Below, in pieces: positions 15,691 through 30,632 of a stretch of DNA of 64,000 nt (position 1 is the stretch's first letter; each line of letters starts with the position of its first letter). The stretch lies in NCBI GenBank assembly GCA_964016885.1, contig OZ024756.1, positions 29,760,001 to 29,824,000 on the forward strand. Reading direction: 5' to 3'. The DNA is from Eledone cirrhosa (taxonomy: Eukaryota). A program made the position numbers and the translations under genes. Below the pieces are notes generated by a model. That model searched no databases and was not told the DNA's origin. It saw only the letters and a list, made by a program, of their open reading frames with translations.

Positions 15691-17050
15691 ACCACACCAC
15701 ACCACCGCACACCACACCACAGCACACCACACTACACCACACCACAACACAACACACTACAGCACACTACACCACACCACACTACACCACCGCACACCAC
15801 ACCACAGCACACCACATCACACCACACCGCACCACAACACACCACACCACACCACCGCACACCACACCACAGCACACCACACTACACCACACCACAACAC
15901 ACCACAGCACACCCCACTACACCACACCACAGCACACCCCACTACACCACACCACAGCACACCACACTACACCACCGCACACCACACCACAGCACACCAC
16001 AGCACACCACACTACACCACACCACACCACAACACACTACAGCACACTACACCACACCAAACTACACTAGACCACACCGCACCACAACACACCACAGCAC
16101 ACCCCACTACACCACACCACAGCACACCACACTACACCACCGCACACCACACCACAGCACACCACACCACACCACACCACAGCACACCACAGCACACCAC
16201 ACTACACCACACCACACCACAACACACCACAGCACACCCCACTACACCACACTACACCACACCACAGCACACCACACAACACTACATCACGCCACACCAC
16301 ACCATTCCACATCACACCACACTACACCACACTACACCACATCACACTACACCACACTACACCACACCACACCACACCAAACTACACCACACCACACCAC
16401 ACTACACCACACCACACCACAGCACACCACACTACACCACACCACACCACAACACACCACAGCACACCCCACTACACCACACTACACCACACCACAGCAC
16501 ACCACACAACACTACATCACGCCACACCACACCATTCCACATCACACCACACTACACCACACTACACCACATCACACTACACCACACTACACCACACCAC
16601 ACCACACCAAACTACACCACACCATACCACAGCACAGCACAGCACAGCACACCACACCACACAACACTACATCACGCCACACCACACCATTCCACATCAC
16701 ACCACACAACACTACATCACGCCACACCACACCATTCCACATCACACCACATCACACCACACAACACTACATCACGCCACACCACACTACACCACACCAC
16801 TAGACTACACCAGACCACACTACACCACACTAAACCACACCACATCACACTACACCACACCACACCCTACCCTACCTTACCCCAACGCAACACACTACAC
16901 TACACCACACTAAACCACACCACATCACACTACACCACACCACACCCTACCCTACCTTACCCCAACGCAGCACACTACACTACACCACACCAAACCACAT
17001 CGTATTACACTACACCACATCACACTACATCATTACCCAACACACCACAT
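15691..17050. repeat. (ACCAC)n pentanucleotide satellite with higher-order duplications
   Basis: ACCAC/ACTAC/ACAGC units; source of the HHTTP ORFs. Confidence 0.9.
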
Positions 17051-17138
17051 TAGACTTCTTTACACTACAGCATACTCTACTAGAGCACACACTATACACA
17101 CACACACACACACATATATATATATCCATGTATATCTT

Positions 17139-17223
<85 letters not shown>

Positions 17224-17375
17224 ATCTATATATATATATATCTATATATATATATATCTATATATATATATCTAGGGAGTGTAACTTGGAGTTACTGCAG
17301 GTTCACCCGGGAGAGCACTCGATGTTTAGGTTCAGTTCTGTGATGAGGTGTAGAGCTATACAGAGTGTAATATAT

Positions 17376-17530
17376 TTGTTTCTACGTTTGGCACAAGGCC
17401 AGCAATTACCCAGTGCATTACTGGTACTTTATTTTATCGACCCTGTAAGGATGAAAGGCAAAGTTAACCTCGGCGGAATTTGAACTCAGAATGGCAAGGG
17501 TCGTAACGTCAAATATGGCGTCCGACCCTC
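17376..17530 (-). mobile_element. tRNA-derived SINE family A, head truncated by the adjacent palindrome
   Basis: Core and B box present. Confidence 0.8.
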
Positions 17531-17821
17531 TTGAAAGGATAACAAGGACGATTGGTTACTCCTTCATTACATTTATTGGTAGGTGACGCGCGTTTCGCCA
17601 CTGATCAGCTCAAGGTTCGATCTGTATCGATCTTACCCGACTCTATAATAGGCAGCTCGACGGACCCTTTTCTACTAGCATTTTAAATGGTCCGTCGAGC
17701 TGCCGATTATAGTGTCGGGTAAGATCGATACAGATCGAACCTTGAGCTGATCAGTGGCGAAACGCGCGTCACCTACCAATAAATGTAATGAAGGAGTAAC
17801 CAATCGTCCTTGTTATCCTTT

Positions 17822-17824
<3 letters not shown>
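17531..17824. mobile_element. Fold-back PLE-like family F, ~135-bp arms
   Basis: Arms 17531-17666/17689-17824; GAAA-C-GCGC-G-TC hammerhead 3' half followed by AATAAA. Confidence 0.75.
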
Positions 17825-17907
<83 letters not shown>

Positions 17908-18699
17908 GAAAGGAAAAAAAATCATTTTACTTCCTAATAATCGTTTTTTTCTCCCTATTTATACACCCACACATACATACATACACACACACACGCACAC
18001 ACACACACACATACACATAAACACACACACAAACACACATCCACACATACATACACACACGCATATTTATATTAAAAATGTCAGCGGGCCAGCGATGTAA
18101 ATGAGTGCAGGAGAAAATAATGTTAATATGTTAATGTCGGATAAGTAGGAGACAAGATGGCGGCGAAATAATTAAAAAGCTGTCACATGGATATATTTTA
18201 ATAATTATAGTAATAATTGTTGTTTTCTTGCTACGGACAACTATGGAAACAGAGAAACAGGGGTGTTGTGGTGTTCATGCATTTCCCAGGAAGTGATATA
18301 AAATAAATGTCGTTTGAAAAGAAATCACTTGTAACCGAAAACTAGCCTGGACGCGGAAGTAATATGTACACACACACACACATATATATATACATATATA
18401 TACATACATACACACACACAAACATATATATATATATATATATACATATATATACATATATATATATATATACACGCACACACACACATATACCTCACAC
18501 ACGCACACACACACACACACAGATACATATATATATATATATACCTCACACACATATACCTCACACACACACATATATACATACATATATACACACACAT
18601 ATATATATATATATATACATACATATATATGTATATATACACATAAAAAGTAACTTCAAATTGGTGTAAAAAAGGAGAAAGCGAAAAACAGTAACAACC

Positions 18700-19011
18700 G
18701 AAGCCACCACCACCACCATCACCATCACGATCTCCACCACCACCGCCACCACCACCATTAACAACTACCACAACCATTAACACCTCCACCATCAACACCA
18801 CCACCACCATCACAACAACCACCACCACAACCACCACCACAACCACCACCACCACCACCACCACCACCACCACCACCACCACCACCATTACAACAACCAT
18901 CAACACCACCACCACCACCACCACCATTAACAACACTAACCCCACCCCCACCACCACCACCACCATAACACCACCACCACCACACCACCACAATCACCAC
19001 CACAACCTCCA

Positions 19012-19045
<34 letters not shown>

Positions 19046-19072
19046 CAACACCACCATTAACAACAACAACAA
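18700..19072. repeat. (ACC)/(AAC)n trinucleotide array
   Basis: Directly visible. Confidence 0.9.
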
Positions 19073-19222
19073 CTGTATGAAGAACAACAATATACCAAAT
19101 GTCAAAGCATGACTGATTTCCTCCCTCAGACATGGCGATAAATTATTAAATATGATTAATTAGCGAAATATTTTTCACAGAAGAAATGAACTTAAAAGAT
19201 CGATATTAGCTGATTGGTTCTG

Positions 19223-19269
<47 letters not shown>

Positions 19270-19540
19270 TATATATATTTATTTAATTATTTATATGTTT
19301 GTTATTCATAAATGCTTTTTTTTTTTTGTATTTTTTTCAATTTCCAAATATACTTTTGTGCCTTTATTGCATTAAATTAAAATTTTATAATTTATTTATT
19401 TACTTTAAAATGATTTTGTGATTTTTCTTCTAATTTGCTTATTTGCTATGATTTGGAGTTGAAAAGTTCTTAACATTTGAACAGATACATGTGATTTGAG
19501 AGAAGATTCGGAAAATATTCGTATATACATATATGATCGC

Positions 19541-19820
19541 TGCCCCCTCGTTATCGAGTATGGCCATTGCACGATATAACATTATTAATAATTGTCAATT
19601 AATGCTATCGTGTAATGTCTGTGCGTGAAGATTTTTTTTAAAGTGAGGAAAGACTGTGCACCAATCCCACTCTCTGAGCGACAGTAGCTATAACCCGAAA
19701 AGAAGAAAAAATCAACATCGGTAACTACTGAGCTGCAGGTTTTATATCGGAGTCATCTCAGTTTCCTGAGATGCCTTCTTCTAGAAGAATGCCCTGACAA
19801 GGGCTAGGGGTCCTTCACTC
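19541..19820 (-). mobile_element. RTE-related non-autonomous element fragment
   Basis: Reverse complement of 24475-24695; shares the CTAGGAGAAGG and GAGAGTGGGAT motifs with 11468-12066. Confidence 0.6.
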
Positions 19821-21152
19821 CCATACATACATACATACATACATACATACATACATACATACATACATACATACATACACGATAGCTGCAAACTCTGATA
19901 AGAGTATTGCAATCGCTTGTCAGATTACAGAAAATGGTGCACTTTTAGGCTACGGCCAGCCACACGAACCTGTAACATAACCTTAACAAGCAATATATTT
20001 ACATATATATGTGTTTGAGTGTGTGTGTATATGTACACACACACACACACACACACGTACATATATATATATGTGTGTGTATGTGTGTGTTAAAATAGTT
20101 GAGCGCCTTTTCAACTTTAGTAGATTTAAGTTGTCTGTTCAGTGTTAGACGATTTGAACCTATGTTCAACGTTAAAATATTTAAGGCTCTATTCAACGAT
20201 GAAGGATTTGAGCGGCTGTTCAATTTTAGCAGATATAAATGTTTGTTCAACGTTAAAAGTTTTGAGTCTGTTTGAGAAGTCTGAGCTTCCGTTAAACTTT
20301 CTTTTTTTTTTCTTTACGTGGGGTGGAGTAGGGTGCGGCAGGGTGCGGCAGTGTGGGGTAGGGTGGAATCAACTATGGTTTGTGACCAACATCTTCTATT
20401 TTATGGGGACAGACATTACTGAAAAGTAACCTAATATTAAGTGGACCAATCAGAACACTTCATGCTATCAACTATTTGCAACTCACTAAAGGATGATACA
20501 GTTTCAACGTTGATTGCCATCAGACAACGTGATGTAAATATTTACATACTTCGCTTTTGACATTTGCTCCTATCTTTTCTTTCTTTCTTTCTGTGTTTAT
20601 TTATTTGTTTGTTTACATATATATTTTTTTCATCGTGTCTTCTCTGTTAGTATATCACTCGTTTATGTTCTTCCATAAAAATAAATAAAAATATCGCGTA
20701 CAAAATTTCAATCAATTGAAAAATAAAAGCCAAAACAAAAGTGCGAAGGAATATCCCCTCCACTCCTTTTCTCATTCTTTCTCCTCATTCCCATTTTCTC
20801 TCATCTCAACTCTCTCCCCATTCTCTCTCTTTCCCTCCCTCTCTTTCTCTTTCTATTTCTCTCACCTCTCTCTCCCCCTTTCTCGCTTTCTCTTTCTATT
20901 TCTCTCACCTCTCTCCTCTCTCTCTCTCTCTATTTATCTAACATCTCTCTCCCTTCCCCTCTCTCTGTCTCTCCACCCCTCTCCCTATTTCTCTTCCTCC
21001 CACCACCTCCCTACCGTTTGTTTTCCATCTCATCTTTCAGATATTTCATTGGTTTGCTCGTGAAAAGAACAGATGGATAGAAGTGATTTTCTACAGCTTT
21101 TAGTGAACATTATATACATGTGTGTGTATATATACATATATACGTGTATATA

Positions 21153-21212
<60 letters not shown>

Positions 21213-21253
21213 AATTAGTATCTGTGTGCATGTTGACGTTCATGTTTGTGTAA

Positions 21254-21296
<43 letters not shown>

Positions 21297-21683
21297 CACA
21301 TATACATATATATATACACACGCACACACACACATATATATATATATAAATATATATATATATATTCTATACTATACTTAATATCAGATGACGGAAATGG
21401 GGTTAAAAATCCTTCCCCTCTCTACCCCCAAATCCCCCCCCCCCCCCAAAAAAAAAAAGAACCAGAAAGAAAACAAATACAAGACTAAACAAAAATGACA
21501 TCAAGTGAGAAGTTAAAGTAAAACAAAAGTAAAAACCATAAATGAAATAACTCCGTGTATTTTGGCCTGATGTTGGGGCCTTGGACTTATGACCGTAGTA
21601 CTCTAGGTTCGGTTCATAGACGGGATTGTGTGATGTGTTTTTGAGCAAACTCTTCATTTCACGTTGTTTCAGTATAGTCGCAT

Positions 21684-22029
<346 letters not shown>

Positions 22030-22037
22030 ATATATAT

Positions 22038-22185
22038 AAGTTTTAATATAGATGAGATTCTACAGGACTAGAAGAATGAAACAGTTCTAGTCCTGTAGAA
22101 TCTCATCTATATTAAAACTTTCATACTCTGCTATGTATTGAGTACCTTACTTACTGTGGTTACCTCCGATTCAACCCGGAATAAC

Positions 22186-22187
<2 letters not shown>
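22038..22187 (+). mobile_element. Family D fold-back copy (apex inside the hammerhead)
   Basis: Inverted arms; 3' tail near-identical to 14603-14688. Confidence 0.75.
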
Positions 22188-22247
<60 letters not shown>

Positions 22248-23932
22248 CTGTTTCATTCGAAGGAAATCATCACGAAAGCCCTATATGTATATGTATGTAT
22301 AAATGCGTATATAAATATATAAAAGGAGATTAATATCCCCACAGGTACTAAGTACCCCTGGAAATATATTGGGTGTCTATGATACAGTGGTGTTCCATGG
22401 TATTAATTTGACATACCAGAACTATAAAATTGAGATAAGCGGAGCAAGTAAAATTCAAACAATTTCTCAAAATAAATTAAAAAATATAATTTAAATATTT
22501 ACCCAATCCATTTGCTTTTACCGACGGTTTCCCCTTACAAAAGATTGGAGATCCTAGGGATCTCCAATGGAAATGTTCGTATCATCAGAGAGCATTTTCC
22601 TTTCCTAGGACAGAAGTCCCAAGAACGGCAAAATATATTGCCATCTGCCAGCTAGCACAGGATCGAATGAGGCCGTAAAGTTGACCTATGCATGAACCAG
22701 CCCATAGTAGAAGCAAGAAGTAAACATAGACGTGTTGTCTATCACGCCACTAAAAATAGCAGCTAAATAAAACAACAGATTTGTTCTCAACATAACGGAG
22801 AAAATATAAAAGGAGATTAATATCCCCAATATATATATATATATATATGTGTGGAATGTGGTTATTTTCGCTATACGATAAATTATATTTAAAGGGTTTC
22901 AGTTTTTCCTCTTATGTACAGTGGATCTGCCACGCAGAAGTTACTTGATAGAACACATTAAATTTTAAACTGCAATGTACCTTAATTTAAAAATAATCAT
23001 TATTATGAGGAAACAAAAACCAGCAACAAATAGGGACAAAAATACAAAGAAGGGGAGGTAAGCAGATTAATATATTTGAATGGGCAAATTATGATAATAA
23101 TTTCATGAATAATGTAATGTCATATCATATTATATAATATTGGATAATATGTCTAGATAATATGTCTATAACATTTAATAGTGTAAAGCTATAAAGAAGC
23201 CAATCATTTAGAGATTTATTGCTGTCCTATAAGTTTTGAACGTATGTTACATACATACATTAAATCATACATACATGCTTACATACATTAAATCATACAT
23301 ACATGGTTTATTTTAATAGAAAAAAGGTCAAATCGTGTGTTTGTTTTATCTAGGACTGTTTCCACCCTGCATCTGAAAAGAGGATATTAGCCCCGAAATA
23401 TCATGCCATAATAGCCAGGGTAAAACATCACTTTACTGTCTTTTATATTGTTTCATTTACGATCATTTGCTCTTCATATTTTCTACCGCATTCTACCAGC
23501 TTTAAAAAAATACGAAAAACCTATCAGTCACTTATTTTAATATATATTTTAATTTCAATTTATATTTTCATAAATATTTAAAACGCAACTAAGTCCCTTA
23601 AACTACTAAGTTCCCGGCTACAGCCCACTAATCCTATGAGTAAATTTCGGTACTGATCATAAAGTTCTTGTGATAGTATCGTGTATTCAGATCTTTCGAA
23701 TAACGTACGTTGTAGTGGATGTATGGTTGAATAGTTGGATGTTGGAAGAGGTTCAGTTCACAATCACGGGTGCGAACTCACGGGGTGTCAACTTTACCAT
23801 AAACTCTGGTTGATCCTTGTTTTGTGAATGAAATTGGGTAGACGGAAAATATGTGCACTATCTTATAAATGGCCAACATTAATTTTTAATCGCATTTTAA
23901 TTGAAGAAATATGATAGGAGAGAAAGGGAAAC

Positions 23933-24002
<70 letters not shown>

Positions 24003-24437
24003 ATAGAAAGGGAGAGAGGGAGAAACTGTGTGTGTGTGATAGAGATAGAGAGGGAGGAGAGAGAGGGGAGATAAAAAGAGGATAATGTTTAGAATTACAA
24101 GGAAGTCTTCGAACGACATATTTTATTAATCCTTAGTTTTGTGTCGAGTTACACACCACACACACACATACTAAAGACTCTTACACATACACACACTTAC
24201 ACACATATACATACACATACACACATATACATACAGACATACAGACACATACACATACATATACACACACGTACATACATATATATGTATGTATATACTT
24301 TATATAAATTGTTTCTTTCAATAAGTAATATTATCCGGTAGGTCCCACCTTTCATATACAGTGTATGTATGTATGTATGTATGTATGTATGTATGTATGT
24401 ATGTATGTATGTATGTATGTATGCGTGTGTGTGCGCA

Positions 24438-24697
24438 GGGACATAGAAATAATCGGGCTGGATACCCGATCACGCGGGAAGGACCCCTAGCCTTTGTCAG
24501 GGCATTCTTCTAGGAGAAGGCAACTCAGGAAACTGGGATAACTCCGACATAAAACCTGCGGCTCAGTAGTTACCGATGATGTTGATCTTTTCTTTTCGGG
24601 TTATAGCTACTGTCGCTCAGAGAGTGGGATCGGCTCAGTGCACAGTCTTTCCTCACTTTAAAAAAAATCTTCACGCACAGGCATTGCACGATGGACA
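24438..24697 (+). mobile_element. RTE-related non-autonomous element fragment
   Basis: Homologous to 19541-19820 and to the 5' part of 11468-12066. Confidence 0.6.
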
Positions 24698-24799
24698 ATA
24701 TGTACGTGGTTGAAAACAAGCCGTAGATCAAAACATGCCGTGGATCAAAACAGGCCGTGTATCAGAACAGGACGTGGTTCAAAATATGCTATCTTCTTG

Positions 24800-25400
24800 T
24801 GACGCTAAACTCCGCCAGTTGCAGACTGCGCATCAACATGAAATATTTTTCTCCACAAAGTTCGATCACTAGCAGCAGAGTTTAAAGAGCAAAGATCAAG
24901 TTCAGTCCATAAGTTGACATTATCAAGCCATCGTTTTGGCTGCCGGCCTCTGCTTCTCTTACCAGTCAACCTTCCTTCCAGGCATAACCTACTCACACCA
25001 CGAGTTGATCGTTTTATATGACCGTATAGTTTGAATACTCTTGACTTGACAACTGAAGTAATTGATCTAAGTTAGGTAATTTTGAACAGCTCACTGATAC
25101 AGATACGGTCACTGAGCCGCTTGCCAGTCATAAGTCTCATGATGTGGTTCTGGAATGAAGAGAGCGTCTGAAGTAACCTTGTCGTCCAATTAATACAGTC
25201 AAGACTATATAACACAACTGGTAGGATGTAAGTATCAAAGAACTTAGCCTTCAAATAATAGGAAACTCGTTTTGAAAATATGCCATGCCGTGGATCAAAA
25301 CAGGCAGTCGATCGAAACATGCCGTGGATCAAAACAGACCGTGGTTCAAAAGATGCCATGAATTCTTTCATCCATATTGAATTTGCTAGGCCAATACAGA
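24800..25400 (-). pseudogene. RTE-clade LINE ORF C-terminal fragment, disrupted
   Basis: FDTYILPVVLYSLDC..W....LSSFQNHIMR...KLYGHIKR...LEGRLTGKRSRGRQPKRW...DRTLWR; in-frame stop and an inserted 20-bp repeat. Confidence 0.8.
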
Positions 25401-25432
25401 AATTAAGTACGTTTGGTTAAAGCTAGTATATG

Positions 25433-25596
25433 CAGGGCCGTCTTAACGCATGGACACGCTGGGCAGTTGACCGGGGGCCCACGAGGATAGAGGGCCCATT
25501 TGTATTTATATTCCTGTGAGTGGTTGTGTAGGTAGGGGCCCCAGTGCTCTGCTTTGCCGGGGGGGGGGGGGCTATAATGCTGTTAAGACGGCTCTG
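25433..25596. mobile_element. MITE / non-autonomous DNA transposon (hAT-like CAGGG termini)
   Basis: TIR CAGGGCCGTCTTAAC ... GTTAAGACGGCTCTG; imperfect 8-bp flanks AGTATATG/GGTATATA. Confidence 0.75.
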
Positions 25597-26230
25597 GGTA
25601 TATATGCCTTGTAGATAGATAGAGATAGATAGGTGGCTAAATAGAAAGATAGATATGAAGGTAGGTAGATAGGAAGGTAGGTAGATAGATAGATAGATAG
25701 ATAGATAGGTAGATAGATAGATAGGTAGATAGATAGGAAAAAGGTAGGAAGGAAGGTAGGTGGAAAATAGCTAGATAAATATATATATAGAAAAAGACAG
25801 AGAGAAGGGAGGGAGGGAGAGAGAAAGATAAAGAAAGAGAGAGAAAGAGAGATTAAGATATAGAGAGATAGAGAGATATATTAGTAGATAAATAGACATG
25901 ACAGAGAGATAGATAATTATACAGTGGTGGGGGCAGGTACACTCCCCCCTCTCCCATCACAGTACATTAGAGAAAGGTGGCAGCAAGGTTAATCAGTGCA
26001 CTGACCTAGTTTAAGGTTTCTCTCCCCATCCCATCCCATTCCACCCCTCACAACCTTCCCCTCTGTGCTCATGATGTCCCCTTTACGTGTGTCAAGCCCC
26101 TAAAACAACACCCATCTCGCCTATACACCCATTAACCAACCTGATGAGTGAAGTAGAGGAAAACTTTAGGGCAAAAACCCTCTCTTCTTTTATTCTTACT
26201 CCCTATCTTTCTTTCGCTCACTCTTTGGTC

Positions 26231-26282
<52 letters not shown>

Positions 26283-26852
26283 CTCTATCAATCTATCTAT
26301 CTATTTATCTATCTCCCTCTCTCTATCTCTCTCTCTCTCTACCCCTCTCTATCTATCTATCTCCCTCTATCTATCTATCTATCTATATCTTTCTTAGCTC
26401 GCTCATTCATTCACTTCTCTCTTTTACTCTGTCTTTCCCTTTTTTATTATTTGTGTGTGTATGTATATATGTGTATATGTGTGTGAGAGAGCGAGAAGAG
26501 AGAGGGAGAAAAGAGAGAGAGAAAAAAAAAAATATATATATATATAATATATATATATATAGGTATATATATATATATATATATCGCTTTTTCTACCAGC
26601 CGAAATACGATTCTCGCTGAATTATATATATATATATATATATTTCGTTTCTGAATTTGTTTAGCAAGATTCTTTATCTGAAAACGTGTGTTGAAACCGA
26701 TATTGTTATACTTTGGGAGGGTCATGTTGCCAATAAGAAACACACGCACCAGTTGTTTCACTTCAATTTATTATAATAAATTTATAAATTTAGGAATTTA
26801 TAAATTTCCGGTTGGTTGGTTGGTTCCACAACCAGATGATTGTTTATGTATT

Positions 26853-26895
26853 GTCAAAGTTCTTTCGTCACACATTCTGTGACCTCTTCAGTGAC
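26853..26895 (-). ncRNA. Minimal hammerhead ribozyme (family G)
   Basis: GTCA-CTGAAGA-G-GTCACA-GAATG-TGTGAC-GAAA-GAAC-TT-TGAC. Confidence 0.7.
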
Positions 26896-27333
26896 TGGGG
26901 ATTCTTTTCTTTGTTTTTTGTGCCTCTCCTTTGTTCTGTCCTACGTCATCTTGTTTTTGTGTGTATTGTGTGCTTAGTTTGCGCATGTGTTACATCCGGG
27001 TGTCTGTGTGTGTTTATATTTGTTTATTTATTTGTTTATTTACATGTTACTGGTTGGTTGTTTGTTCTATGTGCGTGTGTGTTTTCATTTTGTCCTTAAT
27101 TGTAAGTTGTGATGTTGCTGTTCCATTCATGAAACAGCAACATCATAGAACAGCACACATAGAACAAACAACCAACCAGTAACATGTAAATAAACAAATA
27201 AATAAACAAATATAAACACACACAGACACCCAGATGTAACACATGCGCAAACTAAGCACACAACACACACAAAAACAAGATGGCGTAGGAGAGAACAAAG
27301 GAGAGGCACAAAAAACAAAGAAAAGAATCCCCA

Positions 27334-27376
27334 GTCACTGAAGAGGTCACAGAATGTGTGACGAAAGAACTTTGAC
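27334..27376 (+). ncRNA. Minimal hammerhead ribozyme (family G)
   Basis: Same motif on the plus strand. Confidence 0.7.
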
Positions 27377-27536
27377 AATATATAAGCAATCATCTGGTTG
27401 TGGAGGACTGTCCGTCATCAGTGATCTTCCAGCCACCATTGGTATTTCTTCGCATTAAAGACCTCAGGCTGGTGCGAGCAATAACTAAAAAAAGTTATTG
27501 GGGCGGGTAGAATTGGGTGTAGAAAGCGAGACATGT

Positions 27537-27581
<45 letters not shown>

Positions 27582-27611
27582 AGATCAAAAGATGGTTAAA
27601 AGAGTTCCAAG

Positions 27612-27682
27612 TATTTTATTATGCGCATTTCAAAAACAAATATCATCATGGGATGATACCTGCGTTCTCATCAGATAAAATA
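27612..27682 (-). ncRNA. Type I hammerhead ribozyme within a family A body
   Basis: TATTTTAT-CTGATGA-GAACGCAGG-TATCATC-CCAT-GATGATA-TTTGTTTTT-GAAA-T-GCGC-A-TA-ATAAAATA; 8-bp stem I, palindromic loop GCGC. Confidence 0.8.
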
Positions 27683-27910
27683 GGGATACATGATATGAAG
27701 CTTAAAAACACATGTGAATAGTGAAGTTTTAAATCAACATATGAAAGATAAATTAAGATTGATGTATGAGATTGGGAAAAAGTGAGAGGTGGGTGGGTGT
27801 GTGGAAAAGGTAAGGAAGAGGAGGAGATGAGAGTAAAGAATGGTGGAGGAGGAGTATAAGAAGGAAGGATGAGAGAGGAGGAGAGATGGGTGATATATAT
27901 ATATATATAC

Positions 27911-27967
<57 letters not shown>

Positions 27968-28599
27968 GGAGGCGAGAATTTGCGTTAAAAAACTTTCCTA
28001 TGCATAATATGCTCAGTGCTGGAAAGTGGGTTCTTCCAAAACGTATTCTTTTTACCTGTCAGCATGCAAACAGTATTTGAAAATGGTGGAATAAACTATG
28101 AAGTGATAGTGGGGTGCGGTGGCGGTGGGGGTGAGGCTATGATGGGGTGGGGATGGGGGTGTGGAGTGGCGGGGTGGGGATGGTGGTGTGGAGTGGCGGG
28201 GTGGTGAGGTGCACTTTTCATCTGCTTCCATTGCATGAGTCCTTCATATTTAATGGAACCAACTGTTTGACGTCATAGCCTTATTAATATTTTTTTTTCT
28301 CTTTCTTCAGTAACGATATATGATGCTGAAATAATGTACCGTGCACCAATATAACTGAAGAACAAAGATATGGCGAGACTAATTGTTCTCATATAAAGAA
28401 GGCATATCGAGCAATTAATAATAAGAATATTGACAATGTGTGTGTGTATATGTATACATGTATATGTATATTTATATATATATATATATACATATAAATG
28501 AAAGTATAGAAATTATTGTGAGCGTGACGTTAACAGTATTTCATAATATATAAGTGTGTGTATGTGTGTATACGTGTGATATGTGTGTGTATAAATGTA

Positions 28600-28664
<65 letters not shown>

Positions 28665-28988
28665 TCATTGCAAATTATCCTGAGGTTGTTTTTTGCTTCA
28701 TATTGCTTTCAATACACACACGCACATATATATATACATACACAAATAGTCAAACATACATACACACATATATACTTACATATGTACATACAAACTAACA
28801 TACATACAAACATACATACATACATACATACATACATACATACATACATACATACATACATACATACATTCATACATACACAAATACATACACTCACATA
28901 TAATGTATATATGTATGTGCGTGTATGTATGTATATGTGTGTGTATGTGTGCTTGTGTATGTATGTATGTATATATACATACACACAT

Positions 28989-29068
28989 GAGTTCGGATCT
29001 TGCTGTCGAAACGTCCGGAGCTCAACCGTCGGGGTCCTGAATCTTGTCAAATATATATATATATATAA

Positions 29069-29107
<39 letters not shown>

Positions 29108-29474
29108 AACGAGTAGGACCCCGACGGCTGAGCTCAAGCCGTTTCGACGGCTAATTCTGGAGTCCAGAATTAGCCGGCGGGGTCCTACCCGTTCCTATTA
29201 CCCACTCTACTTCCCAAGTATTGAGTACTTTGGTGTGTTATGGTTCATCTGGTTCCTTACCACATTTCCTTCGTTATATATATATATATATGTGAAGGCG
29301 TGTGGTAAGGGACCGGATGGACCATAACGCACCAGAGTACTCAATACTTGGGGTAGTATAGCGGGTAATAGGGAAAGGTTTAACCCTGACGGCAGAGCTC
29401 AAGCCGTTTCGACGGCTTTTTCTGAATAGCCGTCGAAACGGCTTGAGCTCTGCCGTCAGGGTTAAATATTTTCC
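28989..29474. mobile_element. Three adjacent family B pieces (28989-29048, 29103-29274, 29293-29474)
   Basis: Same GAAACGGCTTGAGCTC motif and fold-back apex; separated by (TA)n. Confidence 0.75.
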
Positions 29475-29498
29475 TATATATATATAAACATATATATA

Positions 29499-29739
29499 TC
29501 ATCATCATCATCATCATCGTTTAACGTCCATCTTCCACGCTTGCATGGGTTTGGACGGGAGTTTTCCCACTTGAGGCAAGATTTGTTGTCCTGCTCGTAT
29601 AGGACTGTCTGGCGGATTTTCTACGGCTGGATGCCCTTCCTAACAGCAACCACGTTTACAGTGTGGACTGGGAGGTTTTTACCGTGTTACCTACACGGCC
29701 ACATTACAGCGTGGACTGTGTTTTTTTTTGTCGTGACAC

Positions 29740-29740
<1 letters not shown>
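29499..29740 (-). mobile_element. Retroposon (SINE/RTE-type) 3' fragment with (ATG)n tail
   Basis: (CAT)n-GTTTAACGTCC...GGATGCCCTTCCTAAC motif. Confidence 0.55.
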
Positions 29741-29832
<92 letters not shown>

Positions 29833-30228
29833 AATGTGTGTGTGTATATATATATACGTATGTATATATGTACATATATATGCGCGTGTATGTTGAGGAA
29901 CAACGTCAGCGGTTACACTATACAACAGTATTAAATAACTAACGTATCTTAACTAATATCTTAACTAATATCTTAACTAATAAACATGGCGCTCTTACGT
30001 GAAATTACTCAGAATTTTTCTTTGTCAAACGATCTCCGCCGTTAATGACATGACTGGCCAACCAGTCACTAATTACTAATTACTAATTAAATTGATCAAC
30101 TTCCGCTCATGCCCTTTCCTTCCTAAACAGATGTAAACTGATAGGGTTTCAGTAATATAATGATTTCCCTGAAGTATGTTAGTCAGATACGAAGCCGTAT
30201 ATCTATCTATCTATCGATGTATATATAG

Positions 30229-30276
<48 letters not shown>

Positions 30277-30409
30277 TTACATATATATATATATATATAT
30301 GATATATATACATACATACGTAGAGTATATATATATATATATATATATACTCTACGTGAGCTGTCAATCTACTGTGTGTAATATTTATATTACAACGCAA
30401 CGGAAAATA

Positions 30410-30465
<56 letters not shown>

Positions 30466-30467
30466 TG

Positions 30468-30498
<31 letters not shown>

Positions 30499-30568
30499 TT
30501 ATATATATATATATTTACATATACATATATATATATATATATATATGATATATATATATACATACATA

Positions 30569-30632
<64 letters not shown>

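Larger units (their letters stand above)
26641..27403. mobile_element. Fold-back PLE-like family G, ~250-bp arms, two hammerheads
   Basis: Arms ~26823-27072 and ~27153-27403; unique 3' tail 26641-26822 abuts (TA)n. Confidence 0.8.

Noticed and set aside
15621-17053. 470-aa His/Thr/Pro-rich ORF
   Set aside because: Pentanucleotide (ACCAC)n satellite, open in all three plus frames
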